From contig CAXGWI010000064.1 of the NCBI GenBank assembly GCA_964013405.1, positions 1 to 18,656 on the forward strand: DNA of 18,656 nt, written 5' to 3'. The stretch's first letter is position 1, and each line of letters opens with the position of its first letter. Below are positions 16,109 to 18,656 of the stretch, one piece after another. A program made the position numbers and the translations under genes. Below the pieces are notes generated by a model. It did not search any database. It was not told the DNA's origin and saw nothing but the letters and a program-made list of their open reading frames with translations. This stretch comes from an uncultured Myxococcales bacterium (lineage in GTDB: Bacteria; Myxococcota; UBA4151).

Positions 16109-17238
16109 CGGCGAATGACCCGTTCGTGGTTTTGGCTGCCATTTTGGTCAAAGAAGAGGAGTCGAAGTTCGTTTCGGGTGGCTTCGATCAGGAGAAAGCC
16201 TTCCTCATCGGATTGGTAGTAGGCTGGGTTGCGATCCACGAGATCGGTGGTCTTCGCACCAGCGCCACTGACGAGAAACTCCGTGCCACAGGTCGCGTGC
16301 AGATCCTGGCGGCTGTGATCGTGACCGGCCAGGTACACGTCCACACGACCGCAGATGTGGTCATCGAAGAAGTCTTTCACTGCCTCGCCAGCAACGATGG
16401 GGAGGGGGAAGGGGAACCGGCCTGTGTCGTAGCGCCCTGCGTTGCCGTGGGGCCCATTGGAGATGTAGGGGTGATGACCGAAGGCGAAGGTCCAGGTATC
16501 CGCCGGTGCCCCTGCTAACCACCCCGGCAGGTCTCGGGCCTGGTCATCGCCCCGAGAGAAGAAGATGTCGGTGGTATTGAGCGCCACCAGCCAGACTGGG
16601 CTTTGGGCCGGGGGAATCCCCACCTCGTTTAAATCCACCACGTAGTATTCCGACGGCATGATCCACTGTTCGTTCCGCTCGCTGTACTCGATTTGATAGG
16701 TCGCTTTGTTGAAGTCCAGATCAAGACCCAGGCCTTCGCCACCGAGGTCGTGGTTGCCCAAGGAGGCAAAGAAGCGAAAGTTCAGATGACCGTAGGGTTC
16801 GGCAAAATGAGTGCGGAAGACGTCATCGTCGGCCGAATCTGCACCGCTGTTGTAGATGTTGTCGCCCAGCAGGACACCGAAGTCACAGCCACCGCGATCC
16901 TCGCAGATCTCCCCGATGGCTTGGCCTACAGCACGCTGGGTCTCGGAGCCGGTTCCCGTGTCACCGATTGCGATGAAGCGAACCACCCGTTCCACTGGGG
17001 GGGCGCCGGCGTCCGGGCTTGGACTGGGGCCAGTATCTTGGCCCGCGTCCTCTGCCTCGCCTGCATCTGGTGGCGATTGCCCACTGTCCGAACGGGGTGG
17101 CAGGGCCGCGTCCCGGCCGGGTACCGGGCCCGTGTCGAGGCGGGTGGCTGCCCCGGCATCCGAGCCGTTGGGCGGCGTGGGCTGATCGGTCGGGCAGCCG
17201 GCGATCAAGAACAAGCAGAAGGTAAGGTGGCGGGCCAT
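16105..17238 (-). CDS. Metallophosphoesterase of the purple/tartrate-resistant acid phosphatase type, predicted lipoprotein, 377 aa
   Basis: Metal-ligand blocks GDTG, GDNIY, GNHD, GHHP, GHDH, plus SGAG. Start reassigned from 17535 to ATG 17238 (GGAG upstream; signal MARHLTFCLFLIAGC). Confidence 0.92.
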   Translation of the reverse strand: MARHLTFCLFLIAGCPTDQPTPPNGSDAGAATRLDTGPVPGRDAALPPRSDSGQSPPDAGEAEDAGQDTGPSPSPDAGAPPVERVVRFIAIGDTGTGSETQRAVGQAIGEICEDRGGCDFGVLLGDNIYNSGADSADDDVFRTHFAEPYGHLNFRFFASLGNHDLGGEGLGLDLDFNKATYQIEYSERNEQWIMPSEYYVVDLNEVGIPPAQSPVWLVALNTTDIFFSRGDDQARDLPGWLAGAPADTWTFAFGHHPYISNGPHGNAGRYDTGRFPFPLPIVAGEAVKDFFDDHICGRVDVYLAGHDHSRQDLHATCGTEFLVSGAGAKTTDLVDRNPAYYQSDEEGFLLIEATRNELRLLFFDQNGSQNHERVIRR

Positions 17239-17306
17239 CGAACGCTCCAGACCGTCCCGTTGTAAGGGCTGGGGCCGGCAAGCGCCATAGAAAGATGACT
17301 GGGCCC

Positions 17307-18086
17307 CTAAATGGGGGCGCGGGCATCGGGGCCATGAATGCGATGTCGTAGCCTGCGCCAGAATCTCTCCAACGCGGCGTCCTCCTTCGACTGCTGGCTT
17401 AAGGCTGCAGCACAGTGGGGCTGCTGAAACCGGCAAGGCAGGATTTGCACCGGGATCTGTGCTTGCCCGTAGGCCTTCGCCAAGGTCGCAGCAACATAGA
17501 GGGTTTCGATCCCGTCGTCCCCGATTGGAAGGCAACCGACCGTGGCACAGCCCCCGTGGATGAAGATATCGCCTCCTGGGTTTTGGTCGCCACGACGGGC
17601 CCGGTCGGCTTCATTGGGATAATTGATGCCCAGGGAAAGGTGGAAGCGGCTTGCGGGGTTGAAGCGGTCGATGAAATACAGCCCCTCGGGGACCTGAAGG
17701 TCGCCCTCGACGCGTTTCGGGCCGAGCACGCCACTGGCGGCGCAAATGGGAAAGACGCCGACGAGGAGGGATCGGGCTCCAGGTTCTTTCGCCGCGGCGT
17801 AGAGTTCCAGCTCCCCTTCGTACTTGTAGGCCCGGAGCAGGAGATCTCGGGGCGGCCACACCGCACCTCGGTGTAGAAAGGCCGATTTCAGGCGATCCTG
17901 CTGGCGCGCAAAAGCCAGGCGTACCCGGGGAAAGCGACCTTGCGCTCGCAAGAACTCGGGTTTTGGCACGAGATGTTGGTGGGGCGTCGACTGGGCCCTT
18001 GAAGGCTCAAGCCCGGAGACCGGCGCCAGGTGGAGGGCGAGGGCTGCGATCGAAAGCCCGAAGGAGATGACGGTGACGGGATGCAT
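17307..18086 (-). CDS. L,D-transpeptidase (YkuD) family protein, YafK/DpaA-like, 259 aa
   Basis: N-terminal hydrophobic signal; SG.LGPK..EGD.QVPEG.Y, NP.S.FHLS..INYPN..D, and catalytic IFIHGGCATVGC (His and Cys), the pattern of the YafK/DpaA clade; GGAG RBS. Confidence 0.9.
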   Translation of the reverse strand: MHPVTVISFGLSIAALALHLAPVSGLEPSRAQSTPHQHLVPKPEFLRAQGRFPRVRLAFARQQDRLKSAFLHRGAVWPPRDLLLRAYKYEGELELYAAAKEPGARSLLVGVFPICAASGVLGPKRVEGDLQVPEGLYFIDRFNPASRFHLSLGINYPNEADRARRGDQNPGGDIFIHGGCATVGCLPIGDDGIETLYVAATLAKAYGQAQIPVQILPCRFQQPHCAAALSQQSKEDAALERFWRRLRHRIHGPDARAPI

Positions 18087-18089
18087 GGG

Positions 18090-18120
18090 CTGAACTCCAG
18101 TGGCGTGAGAGGAGTTCCAG
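18090..18120 (-). promoter_or_regulatory. Inverted repeat able to sequester the RBS of the L,D-transpeptidase-family gene
   Basis: Minus strand reads CTG-GAACTCC-tctcacgccact-GGAGTTC-AG-ccc-ATG; the 7-bp stem includes the GGAG. Confidence 0.35.
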
Positions 18121-18303
18121 AGTTTCAGGCCCGATTTCAGCTTGGGTCAGTCATATTCAAGAAACATGTAAGAAGAATTTCAGGGCATGGTTGCCCAGGT
18201 GAAAGCAGAGCAATGTCCCCGCTGGCTCAGCCTACCTTGCACGCAAAAGTTGGCGGCGGTAATGGCCCCAGCGCATCATCGTAATCTTCATAGGGGAGCC
18301 CTC

Positions 18304-18656
18304 ATGCTAAAAACCCAGTTGTACCGCGGCCGACAGATGGCTGTGAAGTCCATGGTTGTCGAAGTTCAGGAGACCGAAAGTTATTATCCGACGCGGCGTT
18401 ATCGTTTCACCGATTTCAGTATCGAGGACACGAACTCAGGCCAAACGCTCCTGTCTTGTGGTGACCTGGCCTTGGGAAGTCGGTCGGGCCGTTGGGACTC
18501 TTGGACCGCTTGGGATGACTGTGGCTTCTTCGCGCTGCTAGGCGACTTCATTCTCTATTACGTGACCGCCCCCGCCATGATGGACTCCTCGGACGGCACA
18601 TGCGACTTGAAGGCGATCTACTTGGTCGATGCGGCTGAATTTCAGCCGGACGCTGA
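18304..18656 (+). CDS. Partial hypothetical protein (runs off the right edge)
   Basis: Not in the ORF track (no stop in window). GGGGAG before ATG 18304; 117 uninterrupted codons: MLKTQLYRGRQMAVKSMVVEVQETESYYPTRRYRFTDFSIEDTNSGQTLLSCGDLALGSRSGRWDSWTAWDDCGFFALLGDFILYYVTAPAMMDSSDGTCDLKAIYLVDAAEFQPDA. Confidence 0.65.
   Translation, partial: MLKTQLYRGRQMAVKSMVVEVQETESYYPTRRYRFTDFSIEDTNSGQTLLSCGDLALGSRSGRWDSWTAWDDCGFFALLGDFILYYVTAPAMMDSSDGTCDLKAIYLVDAAEFQPDA

Noticed and set aside
17239..17535. Cys-rich N-terminal extension of the phosphatase ORF
   Set aside because: Overlaps the L,D-transpeptidase-family gene in another frame; RBS and lipobox support 17238.
18222..18265. Sigma54 or sigma70 promoter before the last ORF
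   Set aside because: GG-to-GC spacing is 13 rather than 10 for sigma54; TTGCAC-N17-TAATGG has a poor -10.
18356..18541. 61-aa ORF from the track
   Set aside because: Lies within the longer open frame from 18304, which has the better RBS.

Overview
GC-rich, gene-dense chromosomal window with no mobile element, RNA gene or CRISPR array visible. The style of the genes (myxobacterial-type Cys-rich repeat, DAG-repeat lipoprotein linkers, HEAT-repeat protein, alr-mlaEFD order) suggests Myxococcota or a related deltaproteobacterial lineage (inference). Left to right: a minus-strand unit (lipoprotein M1 aminopeptidase, HEAT-repeat protein, coupled partial ORF); a NodI/NodJ-like ABC-2 exporter; a coupled alr-mlaE-mlaF-mlaD operon whose MlaD has a long helical stalk and a C-terminal beta-rich domain; a two-gene unit encoding a diheme c-type cytochrome lipoprotein (CX4CH plus CXXCH, separated by a Cys-rich repeat) and a predicted outer-membrane beta-barrel; a minus-strand coupled operon (FKBP lipoprotein, yqgE/algH, hypothetical protein, 4-TM protein); a class I/II aminotransferase; a purple-acid-phosphatase-type lipoprotein; a YafK/DpaA-like L,D-transpeptidase-family protein; and a partial unrecognised ORF at the right edge. 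The best candidate for an undescribed system is the cytochrome plus beta-barrel pair at 10662-12549. All calls come from reading motifs by eye; no searches were run.
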